Shown here piece after piece: positions 23,788-35,400 of a stretch of DNA of 37,300 nucleotides. Under the pieces are notes generated by a model. The model made no database searches and had not been told where the DNA came from. It saw only the letters and a list, made by a program, of their open reading frames with translations. The stretch comes from Psammoneis japonica (lineage: Eukaryota). The stretch's first letter is position 1. Each line of letters opens with the position of its first letter. Location of the stretch: the NCBI GenBank assembly GCA_008632985.1, contig QPGO01000169.1, positions 124,001 to 161,300 of the forward strand, written 5' to 3'. A program made the translations under genes and the position numbers.

Positions 23788-24149
23788 GGTGCGTATCAAT
23801 GGAGATGACGATGACGATGAGGGAGGAGAGGGATGAGATGAAAGCAAATAGACAGAGTCAATCTATCTCTACGGTACTCTAGTAGAGAGTAGACTATCTG
23901 AATATTGGACAATGAGAAGATTGATTTCACCTACCTTCTTCATCCAGTTTTATATATATTATAAAATCAATTCATATAAAAAATAACAATATAAAATTTA
24001 TATGTCAAAAGACTATATAATTTATGCACATACGTGTACTGTATCTTAGTTAAAGAGCATCATTTCAACGTTTTTTATCTATTGGATGGAGTGTAACTTT
24101 CAACGGAGATGCGTTGAAAGATGTTATTTTTCTACCGGCACTTATCACC

Positions 24150-26100
24150 ATGCCGGCAAACTGCATGACACAAGAGTGCACCAAGCTGCACAGCCCCACG
24201 ATGAGCGGCATGACAAGCATGATTCCAAGTGGCAAAACCCTTTGCCTGCTCCAAATTGGGCTGGCTTGCACAATTTGCCTTTTTCATCACCTCCTGCTCT
24301 CAATGTGAGTTTGCACTGTGCCAGAACCAGAGCCTTCTTTGCCTGTTCCAAATTGTGCTGGCCTGCCTGCCCACTTTGCCTTCTTCATCTCCTTCTGCTC
24401 TCAATTTGAGCCTGCAGCCAAATCTTCTTCCTCTGTGCCTGATCTGACCATTGCCCCAACACTGGCCAAAAACAAGCACCAGCACACTGAAGCACCCAAC
24501 AAGCACCACCGGTGCACTGAAATGCCCGTGTGCTGAGGGAGGGGAAAGGAACTTTTGCCAACAATCTCTGTGGCACCTTGCTTGGCCATGTTCAATTTTT
24601 TGTGTCTGTCCACTTCTGTGTTGTCATTCAAGCTGCAGGCACCTCTTCAAGAATGTCCAAGCCAAGTGTTGGTGCGGGGCAACATGATGTGACATGGACA
24701 ACTTCTGCAAGAATTTTTTGGCAAAGTCACTGAAAAAGAGGAACATCAATGCCCCAGCAACAAAACAGAAGAACAGCTTCATGGCAAAAAAAATGTTGAG
24801 TTAAATGCAAAAATGATCTTGTGGAGTGTGCACTGTGTGTGAGTTGAATGCAGAAAAATGATGAGACGAAGTGTTTTTCCCATGGGTGCAGAAGAAACAG
24901 GCCATTGCAAACTGACAGAGCTTTGCAGTTTGAACCTTTCATTGCCCCATTGCTGCTGGCTCTGGCAGCAACAGAGAGGCTGAGGTTTGTTCCCAACATG
25001 AAAAGCTGCGCACTTGTTTGCCACCTGCCAACACACAATGTGCAACAGCCAGATTTAAAAAAAAACAATGGGTCTTAGAACAATGGGTGGCAAAAGCTGA
25101 GCCAGCTGCTGCACTTGCGGTTGCTGCTGTTGAAACCCAGCAACAACCAACAACAGATTTGTCCTCTGCTCTTGACTCTTTCATTTCTTGTTGGAAAACC
25201 CCAAACTCTAGCTTGAAAAGCCTCATCAAAGCAAATGCTGTTTGTTGTGCCAAATGCAGGGCAGCAGCAGACAGCTGGGCCATTTTTTCACTGGTGTGTT
25301 TTTGTTGCAGATGTGAGAAGCTTTCACACACTGAGATCAGATGCTGCACCTGCCGTCCATTCTTTTGTCACCGTGCCTTTTGTGCAAGCCAGTCTGACAG
25401 ACTGTCTCCCAATTTTTCACTTTGCTTCTTTCCTCAAATCTGTTTGTTGCAAAGTGATGGCAATCATTCTTGCTCATTGCTTGGAGGGTGCAGGAAATGA
25501 ATGAAAGAAAAGAAATCCACCACAAGGAAATTTTTTGTTGAGAAAATGTCAGGAAACTTCACACAGCTGTTTTGCTGCCTCTTCAAGCCACTGTTTTTCT
25601 GTTTCTTCCACCTGGCTGTTTTTGACAAACTCTTGCACTTTTCACATCATGAAGGGTTCATGCCACAAAAAAGAACAGAGTTCTAACTCCATTTTGCATT
25701 GGACAAATTGGGGTGAACTGACTTTGCATGTGTTTTTTGCATGGTTGGTTGTCTCAAAGATTGATTGGTTTGCTGACCTGTGTGGCGGGGAGCCTCAAAA
25801 GTGAACAACTGCATGATGTCATTGAAGAAGCTGTGGCATCAAAGTTTGATGGATGTGTGGTGGTCAAGTGATTTGAAAGACAGAAGCAGAGGCGCAACCA
25901 TGAACCATTGACCAACTTTCAATGCTCAAACGACAAGTGGCACCATGGAATGAAGTGAAATGGCCACCAAACTCAGGTGTCACTAATGTCATTGTTCCGC
26001 TGTACAACATTGGGCATGTTGCACTTGCATCTGGGCTTCTTAATCGTCGTGCACCCTTAAAACTGATCACTGTCATTCTTTTGCCTAGAAAAATGCAATG
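24150..26100. other. Degenerate block depleted of TpA and CpG, containing a ~97-bp internal duplication (24241-24410)
   Basis: TTTGCCTG.TCCAAATTG.GCTGGC...TTTGCCTT.TTCATC.CCT.CTGCTCTCAAT occurs at 24241 and 24338. No recognisable protein family. Confidence 0.5.
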
Positions 26101-26222
26101 TCTTTTTTTTATGAAGACAGGCGGCTTTTTTTCTCACAAACAAGTACGACACAGAAGTTTACCTCAAGGCAACAGGCCAAGGGGCTACAAAAATGACATT
26201 TATTGTATCGATTATGACACAC

Positions 26223-28541
26223 TCAGCTACTATCCTCATCATCATCACTTTCCGATTCTTCCTCGCTATCATCATCGCTCTCTTGTTCTAGAAAGTCCAG
26301 GAAATCTTGCGTAGGTTTCTGCTGGAATAGTTGCCGCCGTGGGCTGTCATCATTCTCTTGTTTTCTCACATCTTCTGCCCACGACAAGATGGCCGCCTCG
26401 TTAACAACCTCCATGTCATGTAGGGTTTGCAGCAACAAGCGAAAATGCGGCTCTTTCATGAGCGAATCTCCGGCATCCCCGCCGCCCAAAGCAACTGCCT
26501 CTAAAGCAGATATGATACTCTTTTCTTCGTTAATGCCAATGCTCATCTTTCTGAAAAGTGGTCCCCAGTGATCTAGCAAACCACGCATCGACCCAACAAG
26601 CTTCTTCACGCTAATGTCAGGGGTAAGATTCATCTTCTCGAGAATTGCAAGAGTAGCGGCTTTTGTGCAGTCCGAGTAAGTGGCGTTTTGACTGAACTTG
26701 TACGAGTTGAGTTCAATACCCAAATTCTCGATCGGACTCGTCGGTTCATGCTCGAGACACATTGTCTTCAACTCTTTAATCACGTCTACACCTTGCTGTC
26801 GACCGACAATGACACCAAACTCGTTGTGGTTTGCCATGTCCGCGGCTCCAAACGAAAATCCAGAATCATAGTCCTCCTCTTCAAAGTCCACGTCAATCGG
26901 CTCTTGTACATCACTGAGCCCGTCATCTACCTCTTCTTGCTGTAGTTCAAATCGTTTTTGGTACAGAGGCGATGTGTCATATCCCATGCTTTGAGATTTC
27001 ACAAATTCCCGCACACCATCGCCACTATCACCGTCAACTTCTTCGTCATCACTTTCAGAGTCTTCCTCAAAAGGTGGAAGCCAAATCCGGCCCAATCCCT
27101 CAGCACCCACAACATGGCGATCCGAAACAACGGTATCTGCCCGGTCTTTATCAAGGGAATCAGCCTTGTCCGATGCGCTGTCGCTTGATGATTCCGAAAA
27201 ATCTGAAAAGTCATCGTCAAACTCGTCGTTCTCGGTTGCCAATGTGATTCGAGTAAAGTCCGGTACCGTTGTGTTGGCGCCAATGACACATCCTCGACCA
27301 ATTACACACCCACGTCCAATGGTTGCTCCGGCTTTGATTACGCAGTGGCTGGCCAATACAGATAGTGTTGCGGTTACTCCCTCTTCCACGACGACATTGT
27401 CCCACAAATGACAATCCTTCAACGCGACTCTTGATGCAATGCTACAATTGTTTCCAAGGACCGTGCCGAGAATGACACAATCATCTTGAATGACACATTC
27501 GCTTCCAACCATCCCTGGTCCACGAAGAGTGGAACTTCGACCGATCTTTGTAAGGGCCTTACTGTTTGTTTCCTTGTACAGGTAGTGTCGCTGCAGCACA
27601 TACCGATACTGCTTTTCATAACCCGACGGAAGGTTATCCGGAACAACCGGATAACACCAGCGCCTGAGCAAGTCTCGGGAAACAGCCGCATACGATGAAA
27701 AATCAACCACTCGAGCTGCGTATTCCGAACTCTGCAGCAAATGAGCATGAATCCGATTCTGAAGCCCTTCCTCCTCTTCGGCAACCGAATAAGCCACAAA
27801 CTGCTTCCGCATGTCCTCATAGTCAAACGCGTCGCTAAATCTGGCAAGCACGTCGGGACTGCAAATATCCACACCACAATCCAGCAAGTCACCTCGTAGC
27901 TGCACCTGAGGATGAGACGCAAAAAACGAACAAGGCACGGAAACTCCCTTAGAGCTGGCATCGTTGTCGTACACCAAGATTCGATTTTCTTGAGTAGGAT
28001 CCATCCCGATAATCAAATCATCACGAGTGGACACGAGCGGAGAATAAAACACGGTATTTTCTTTTTGCACACCGCCGCCGACTGGTTTCAGTAAGAGCGT
28101 CATGATTGCGCTGCTGTCCTTTTTCTTTCTCGCCTTGTGAGCCTCCATGGCCGGTGCAATATCCACATTGGTAATACAATTGCCGTGCATGAGCAAAAAG
28201 GGGTCACTCTTGATGATGTTTCGCTTGTCCAACTCGCGCAACGCGTCTCCCTCGCTTGCAAAGTTGCGGTCCACAATGCAATCAATCTGAAACGAAACCG
28301 ATAAGTTCCACTGCTGAACGTGCGTCTTTACTTCGGGACGAGTCGTCACTACGACGAGCTCTTGTACGCCCGCTCCCACCAAGAATTCCATGGCATAGTC
28401 AATCAATGTAATGTTGTTTAGTTTGGAGAGCACATGGGACGTTTCCATCGAGAGTGGGCCCAAACCATCCGAGTCCAACGCGAGCAGCACTGCCTGGAGC
28501 TTTTGCTCATGCTTGTTGTCCTGATCGGGTGCACGACCCAT
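26223..28541 (-). CDS. EIF2B5: Translation initiation factor eIF2B subunit epsilon, 772 aa
   Basis: N-terminal nucleotidyltransferase-like domain (LQAVLLA, GDALRELD, DLLDCGVDICSP, RRWCYPVVPD), left-handed beta-helix hexapeptide repeats, acidic linker and C-terminal W2/HEAT domain (ELNSYKFSQN, ILSW, FLDFLEQESDDD). Confidence 0.96.
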   Translation of the reverse strand: MGRAPDQDNKHEQKLQAVLLALDSDGLGPLSMETSHVLSKLNNITLIDYAMEFLVGAGVQELVVVTTRPEVKTHVQQWNLSVSFQIDCIVDRNFASEGDALRELDKRNIIKSDPFLLMHGNCITNVDIAPAMEAHKARKKKDSSAIMTLLLKPVGGGVQKENTVFYSPLVSTRDDLIIGMDPTQENRILVYDNDASSKGVSVPCSFFASHPQVQLRGDLLDCGVDICSPDVLARFSDAFDYEDMRKQFVAYSVAEEEEGLQNRIHAHLLQSSEYAARVVDFSSYAAVSRDLLRRWCYPVVPDNLPSGYEKQYRYVLQRHYLYKETNSKALTKIGRSSTLRGPGMVGSECVIQDDCVILGTVLGNNCSIASRVALKDCHLWDNVVVEEGVTATLSVLASHCVIKAGATIGRGCVIGRGCVIGANTTVPDFTRITLATENDEFDDDFSDFSESSSDSASDKADSLDKDRADTVVSDRHVVGAEGLGRIWLPPFEEDSESDDEEVDGDSGDGVREFVKSQSMGYDTSPLYQKRFELQQEEVDDGLSDVQEPIDVDFEEEDYDSGFSFGAADMANHNEFGVIVGRQQGVDVIKELKTMCLEHEPTSPIENLGIELNSYKFSQNATYSDCTKAATLAILEKMNLTPDISVKKLVGSMRGLLDHWGPLFRKMSIGINEEKSIISALEAVALGGGDAGDSLMKEPHFRLLLQTLHDMEVVNEAAILSWAEDVRKQENDDSPRRQLFQQKPTQDFLDFLEQESDDDSEEESESDDDEDSS

Positions 28542-29824
28542 ATTGTTATCTGTAATTTATTCTGTGAGGCGATATCAAAACAGTGCCGCCTTTTAGCTAG
28601 GTGACGAAGGGATCAAATAAAGAAGAAGGGTACAACACTCAGCAAAAAGCAAAAAGACAATGTGGCGGTCAATCAAGATACAAACACAGAACGGGTGTGA
28701 TAAATTGCGATGGAATAAAGTGATTTTTGCAAAGCTCGTTCGACACTTACAGCGTAAGCCAAGCTAGAGCAGAAGAAGCGAAGAGTAGAAGCCCGGGCGG
28801 CGCCTCAACAACTACAACAACAACAATAGCTAATCACAGACGTGTGGAGCTTTGTGATGTATGCTCCACTTTCCACTTGTGACACTACTTAGCTAGCTAG
28901 TAGGGCCCTACTTGTGCTCCATGGAAATTTTGCGCAACCCGCGCGGCCTGTCCAGCGCAGTGATCTCCTCACAGGCTCAGATATTCTATTTGACCGTCAG
29001 AAGAGGTTGGGAACCTGTCCCGAAAATCTCGATTCAAACAGACGCAAAGACAAAAGACCTCCTACTCGAGTTGCACGCAACAAACTGCGGCGCAGCACAA
29101 TGATGAGTGCCGCCGGTGTCACCGTAGGCATTTTGACATCTCAACGAGTCTTTCACCGATTTTCCAGTTTCTTGTTTCATTCTTAGCGATAATTTCACAA
29201 TCTGTCCGATTGGTTTGGTCCCATTGTGTGTCAATGAGAATTGTGGATTTGTGGTTTGTCCAAAGTTTGCCAAAAAATCGATTGTGAGATTTCAGGGGCC
29301 CTGGCTGGCAGTGGACAGGTACGTGTAGACAGGTGCGTGAGTGCTGTTTCGATTCTCAATGGCGCTTTCACCAGTTTTCTCACTTCTTTTTTGTTTTGCG
29401 TTAATCTTTTTCTGTTGTGCAGAAAGTTAAAGGGTGTGGAGCATTTTTGTGGTGATCCACTTTTTTGGGAAGAGCTGCATCACTGACAGCATTGCCGGTG
29501 CGCACCAGCAACAAGTGCAACGGCGACACCGTGAGCAGGTGCTGTCATCATTGCTGGTGTGTACGGGGAAGAAGTGCGCGCCACAGTGTTGCCATGAGCG
29601 CAAAACTGTTGGCACTTTTTGCAGGTTGGAACAGTGCAAACAAGCTCGTGAAGGATGCAGGTCAGCACTGCGTGAGCAAGCGCGGAGATTACGGATTCGT
29701 CTCGTGCGGTGCTGTGAAACTGGAGACATGAGAGCAAGTCATAGCCATGGATTAGAGTGATGCAAGCGAGCGCATGGCAGCTTGTGGTGTTTTGAAACTG
29801 AAGAATGGCAAGTTTGCAGACTTG

Positions 29825-30576
29825 TCAATCAAAAGAAACGGCCAGTTCTGCTGCGATGTTGACCTCCTCTCGGCATTTGTTGTGCTTGAGGCAATCCAAA
29901 ATGTGCTTGCACCCCATGCAACCCAAATCCTTTGTTGACATGTCAGGTGCATGTGTCACAGATGTGCCACTCACTGTTTCCGTCGTGTCCTTTCTCGCTC
30001 CAACAGATTCTTCAGATTCTTCGCATGGGAGCCCTTGGAGCTTCAGAGTTTTCGTGTAAGCCGCCTCAATGCAACACACCCACATGTCGCAATCATTTGT
30101 GTGCCTTGCTTGTCGAGGCATTTGAGCCCTCATCCACTTGGCTTGGGTGTTGATGAGAGGCGTGGAGGCAAACACATTCTGCAGGTCAAGCAGCGACGTT
30201 CGTAGAAATTTGGTGCCAAGTCAAAAAATGCAAACAGATCCTGTCCGGCTCTGGTTTGGTCAAGAACCTTCAAAGCCCAGTGGCCAGCTTCGTGCGGTCC
30301 ACAGAAGACTTGTGTGAAGATTAACTTGTCTTTCTCAAAATCTGTTTCCACTTTTCCTTGTTCTTGCAGTTTTTTCAAGAATGGTGTCCAACCCGCTTCC
30401 GTGCCATGCATCAAATGTTCGCAATGGAGAGAGCTGACAAAGTCATCAGTGCTGCGCCACACCCCGCTGTCACGGTGCTTGTTTGCCAATGAGTTCAAGC
30501 ACATGGTTGTGCAAAAGCCATTGATCATTGTTCCTTGGTTGTCAATGGCACTGAGCTCTTCCGGATCGAGTTGCAC
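29825..30576 (-). pseudogene. Ulp1/SENP-like (C48) cysteine peptidase domain carried by the Crypton
   Basis: GHWALKVLD (His), FAFFDL (Asp, resembling FDS) and, after a frameshift, PRQARHTNDCDMWVC (resembling Q....DCG, Cys), in the canonical His-Asp-Cys order. Confidence 0.8.
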
Positions 30577-33092
30577 TGCGCCAAAGTCAAGTTCCGATGC
30601 CGGATGCGGCCTCTAGCTTTGTTTGATGATGAGAGCAGGTTCCGCTTGCGCACTTCTTTTTTCACCGCTTCCGCAGTGGAGCCGACTTCAGAGAGCTCAT
30701 TCAGTTTGCGTTTCTTTGGTTTCTGGATGCTGCTCTCAGAAGTTTTTTAAAGTTTTCGAAGCGAACAGGCTGTTGTTTGCCAATGGATTTGATCAGTGCG
30801 CCTTTTTCTCCCGGTCGCTGTCGTTTCAACCGATTGAAGAATGCTCTGAATTGCCGGAGATGCATGGAGCGCAGCAACTGCAGATGTTGCACCTTTCTTC
30901 TTTGTTGTTGTAGCCTCATCAAATGCATTGCATGGAAATCGGAGATTGCACAATGTGGCTTTGCGGCCCTTCGTTTCTTTCAGGTCCCTGTCTGCAAGGC
31001 TTTTCCAAGGCGGCGTCAGGAAGAGCTCACCTTTAGAACCAATGCGCTGCTCGCCAAAATGCCAACAAATCCATGCGTCCAACGGCGAAAGCTTTGCATT
31101 CAGTTCATGGTCTTTCGGAGTGCCGTGCCAACTGCCATCTCCCCAATCAAAGGCAGCTTTCTTTGTTCTTGTGCCTTTTCTGTCCTCACCTTCTGCAGCA
31201 ACAATCTTGCTGTCATCGTGACCCGACCCTGAGTCACATTTCACAGACACTTCATCCAATTTCTTTGAGATGGGGTCCAGAAGGACTTCTTGGATCACAT
31301 CCATGGTCAATTCCCCACCACCAATCTGACGTTGGTCCAACACAGAGACGAAAAGCTTTTCAATTTGGGAAGGGACCGACAGAACAATTTTTAGAAGAAA
31401 CGACTGATGTCCAAACATCTTGGCAACTGGAGTCATTCCAGTGAAATTGACTTTCCATGATGACTGGCCAGGATTTGACCATGGATGGCAGCACTTGCAG
31501 CACGAGCCAAGGTTCCGAATGACCTCTTCACGGCAAACAACTGAGGTGCGAAGTGGATTTGTCCGGTGGAGCCTGTTTCTTAGAAAACTCCAATGAAACA
31601 CTGATGAAGCAAGCAAGTGTCGACAAAGCATGAGTTGCCCATTCGACATGTCCCCAAACAGGCTTCTGACACCATCCAACACATCGTTTTCTGAGGGGAT
31701 GATGTCGGAATTTTCTGCTGTGCCGGACTGCGAAGACAATCATTCACAGGTTGCTCGTTTTCAAAAAATGCAGACACGTCTCCAAGACCGGTCTCTTCTG
31801 GGTCGGCAGGTGACACATCAAAGCATGGCATCGAAACCATAAAGTTGGACGAGTTCACATCTAGGACAGCAACCGTGCGTCCGCAAACTTGGTCTCCAGC
31901 CGCGCCTTGTGTTGCAAACAAATGTCTTTCACCTGACCCATGGTCCATCCAGCTCGCACGCATGCAGCAGCAAAGCTCACACCACTGGTGGTTCCGTTGC
32001 AGCAGCATGCAGCAGCGCCTTTTTGAATGGAGTGAACGCCAATGCTTTTCGGATCAACTCCAAGGCCTCGCATCTCCTCATCGTGTGCTCGCACCACTCG
32101 ACCCAGCAGTTTGCAAAATCGATCATGCTGGCTGTTCCCTCCAACAGAGGACCGGACTCTCGTCCATGAACAAAAGCAGCACGAAAACGAGCAATGGACA
32201 GAACTGGACAAATCACGGGATTTAACGGGTTGGCGTGTGTGTGCCGTTTCCTCGCAGCTTGTTCTCCCAACATGTTGGTCTTGGAGTGAGCAAATTGCAC
32301 AATCATGGCATCACCCTCCCACCCAATGTGCTCCAGCAGCACAAGAACCGTGTTGCATGAGCGACACATCAGGTTCCAAGTGAGCATGAGGAAGCAGTGC
32401 CCGAATGTTGCTTCTGTGCTTTTGTCTTCAAGCAGCCATTTACACAAGGCACAGCACACCTGGAATGGAAGGGGAGCTTTTCCATCTCCCAAAGCCTCCC
32501 CAGTTGCATTGCGGGCTGCAGCAGCTGTGTTCTTTAAACCAGTCACAGCTTTTTTGAGTTTCTGTTTAAACTGCTCCGTCGGAACAACCTCACACTGCCC
32601 GAACAGATGCGTGAGTGACGCCCGATGACCTCCGCACGACTTGAGACAAAGGTTTGTTGTTGTGCTGTCCCTGAGCTTGCAGAAGTGAGCCATGTGCACA
32701 GCAACAGTTAACTTCTCCAATGCAATTGGGTGGTGCATTGGACTGGCACGAAAAATGTGCTTCATTGCCACCGCCCTTGCATGCTCCATGCAGCCCTTGC
32801 CTGATTCCACGCGGTCCAAATCGGCCTTCAAGTCTGCGTGTAGAATTTTGTAATTTTCGCTTGCTTTCTTTGCAGAGTTCTTGAAATAGAGAAACACAAT
32901 GAATCGGGAGAGAGAAAGGCGGTGCCCATGCTTTGCACCACGATCGATGTTCGCATCCACAATCCACTCCACACCTTCCATGAACTCGTCCTCATCATCA
33001 GAAAGCTCGTCTTCCAAATCATCACCTTTGGACCCACCACCAGTTCGAGCAATGTCATCCCTGTCCATGCAGGCAAGGAGGTCCTCAATCAT
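29825..33092 (-). mobile_element. Crypton-type tyrosine-recombinase DNA transposon (pseudogenised) with a C-terminal Ulp1/C48 peptidase module
   Basis: YR motifs: GDGKAPLPF, LTWNLMCRSCNT (catalytic Arg), FAHSKT (Lys), HTHANPLNPVICPVLS, IGVHSIQKGAA (HxxR with R>Q) and RAGWTMGQVKDICLQH..AGDQVCGRTV. Crypton-like C-terminal region FDWGDGSWHGTP..AWICWHFG..PPWKSL. Peptidase motifs follow. Several frameshifts. Confidence 0.88.
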
Positions 33093-33281
33093 CTAGGGTT
33101 TGTTGTTGGCAATCGTCAACACTGCCATGGTGTTGTTTTCTCTTCAACGAAAAAAGCAACAACAAATCGACAGGGAACGAATGAAGACAAGAGACGAGAG
33201 GCGTGTGGAGGAGCGCGGAGTGGGAGGCGGGCTGATGTCAGTTTGCCTTGCACAGACACAAGAGGGAACCATGACAGATGG

Positions 33282-33410
33282 TGCCAACCGAGGGTTGGCA
33301 ATTTTCCCTTGAAGATTTTGACAGCGTCGCAGATTGCACGCAAAATGTGCTGATTCGAGTGAGTCAAAAAAAGTCGTTTCAACGGAACATTGCCAACCAG
33401 AGGTTGGCAA
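33282..33410. repeat. Two copies of an interrupted palindrome, TGCCAACC-NNN-GGTTGGCA
   Basis: TGCCAACCGAGGGTTGGCA at 33282-33300 and TTGCCAACCAGAGGTTGGCAA at 33390-33410, 190-320 bp upstream of the YR ORF start. Confidence 0.85.
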
Positions 33411-34360
33411 AAACGTCTGTTTGCCACACCGGAACGCGTCAGCAGTTGGCAGAATTCCAGACTTTCAACCTCCTCCCCCCTCCACCCCCATCGTTTCGTG
33501 CAGCATGTTGCACTGAAATGACACCAGGCCACAGATTGTGACAAACTAAAATGCACAAGGAGAGCACCTGCCACAGCAGCATTTTCACAGCTGCTTTCTT
33601 TTTTTGGCTCTCTTCTGAGGTGTGCAAAAAAGTCTCTTTGAAGGTTTCACAAGGGCTGCAACAAGAAGGGGGGGGCTTCTTTCACAAAAAAATGCACAAG
33701 GCACTTTGAAGCAAAATGTGCGCAGCTCCCTGTGTTGCAAAAAGAAGTGGTCCTCAGCCAACAGGAAGGGGGGAGAGTGGCAGAGCCAACATGAGGCTGC
33801 ACCAGAGGGCTGTGCTGCTCTCATGGGCGGTGCCGAACTTCTTGTTTGCTGTGTTGACAAAGCAGGGTTTTGAGCCCAACTTTCCACAAAATTGGAAATC
33901 ATGCGTGGGCAAAGCAGAAGATGGAAAGTTTGCAGTTTGCCCAGCAAAGATGTGGCAACTCTGAAAATTCTGCACACAGAGTTGCGCGCAGCAGCCGATG
34001 GCTTGACTGCTCCTGCCGCTTTTGCAAATGGTTCAGCACACGAGGGAAAAAGGCAAGATTTCAATTTTTGCAGCAGAGCACAGTCTCCCATGGTTGAAAC
34101 AAATGGCTGGCATGTGCCAAAAATCCCATGCTTCAAATGTGTGAGACTCTCCAGCTCTGGAGCAGCAGCATCAAATGATCTCTGTCTTTCACAGTTGGAT
34201 TTTAGAGTTGAACTTCATGGTGATTTTCATCCATTGACCAACAAGAGCACATCTGTCCATCCCCTCTCACAACGCACAAGAATCCAAAATTGGTCGCACA
34301 CGTCCTGCGCACAACACAACACAAAAATTCCACACACAACAGCAAACACCACCTTTCACC

Positions 34361-34750
34361 ATGGTGACGGCTTGCTCCCCACGTGTTGTTGTCCATCAGG
34401 TTGTCTCCAAGGGCAAGACACTTGGCACCTCCAAGAAGTGTGCCACACTCAAGTTTGGTTTCGCCAACACCCAAGCTTTGTCAGGTGGGTTGGTGGGAGC
34501 AAATTGCCATGGCAGCAAACACAAGGTCAATCTCATTTCTCATTTGGAGTCTCAGTGCCGGCAAGCATCAAATTTTGCCAATGGCGAGGAAGTGCACACT
34601 GTTCAGAAAGCTGTGTCAGTGGCTGGACAGCCAACAGAAGCTTTCAATGCAGCTTTTTGCTGTGCAGTCTGGGCTGCAGAGCCCTCAAGTGTCAGGTCAT
34701 GTTGGCTCTGGTGCAGCCCATCAGAGTCTTGCCATGTGATTTGATTGTTG
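34361..34750 (+). pseudogene. Pseudogene of a conserved diatom hypothetical protein
   Basis: An A/C-rich leader and ATG are followed by KGKTLGTSKK.ATLKFGFANTQAL..G.VG.NC.GS.H.V.LI / WSLSAGKHQIL / NGEEVH. I recall this motif string from diatom hypothetical proteins (unverified). Frameshifted and TpA-free. Confidence 0.55.
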
Positions 34751-34898
34751 GTGGTGTTTGGATTCATTGAAAGTGCAAGATCATTCAATTGGGAATGTCT
34801 CAAATGAGAAAAATGTCCAGGGTCATTGGCAGTGATGGTGGCCTGCATCATGAACCCGATGTTGATCTGTGCGCAGGTCATTGTGCGGGTGCTGTCCT

Positions 34899-35400
34899 TC
34901 AAGATGTGCCGACACTCCTTTTGAAGTGTGCCTCTTCCATGAGCAGTGATGCCAACAACTTGTTCCTCTCTTTCTTCCAGGCATCCTCAGCATCTGTGTT
35001 GATCCCATCTTCTTTCTTGGCGATTTGTTCTGAAATGACTCTGCCACAGGACCCTCCTCTCACCATCTCAACAACACACTTGTGAGCCGATTGCAACAAT
35101 GTTGAAGTGTCCTTCCTTTGTCCTGCTGACAAATGAGCACCAACTGCTTCCAAGCCTTGGCAGCTTAAATGTGCAAGCAGATTTGCTTGCTTGCATTGAA
35201 CAAGATTGACACGAGAATTTGCCATGGTGCCGCCACATCTCTCACTCCTTTGTGACCCTCATGAACTCTGTCACTCCTTTCATTTTGCAATGAACAGCCT
35301 TCACATGCTGTCACACAAGCCCATCAAATGCCTTCACTGTCTGCATGTGTGTCTTGCAGATTGTGCCTTGTTTTGTGCAACAATTGTGTTGTTTCCCCCA
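34899..35400 (-). mobile_element. Possible decayed Copia gag fragment
   Basis: VNLVQCKQ..CVVEMVRGG..G..AWKKERNKLLASLLMEEAHFKR loosely resembles diatom Copia gag (VVE..GG; A.E..LA.LL...AD..R). Weak match. Confidence 0.35.

Noticed and set aside
28807..28827. Short CAA repeat
   Set aside because: An ordinary short microsatellite.
3195..33410. CRISPR-like array among the repeats
   Set aside because: All repeats are two-copy duplications or palindromes without repeat-spacer periodicity, and the context is eukaryotic.
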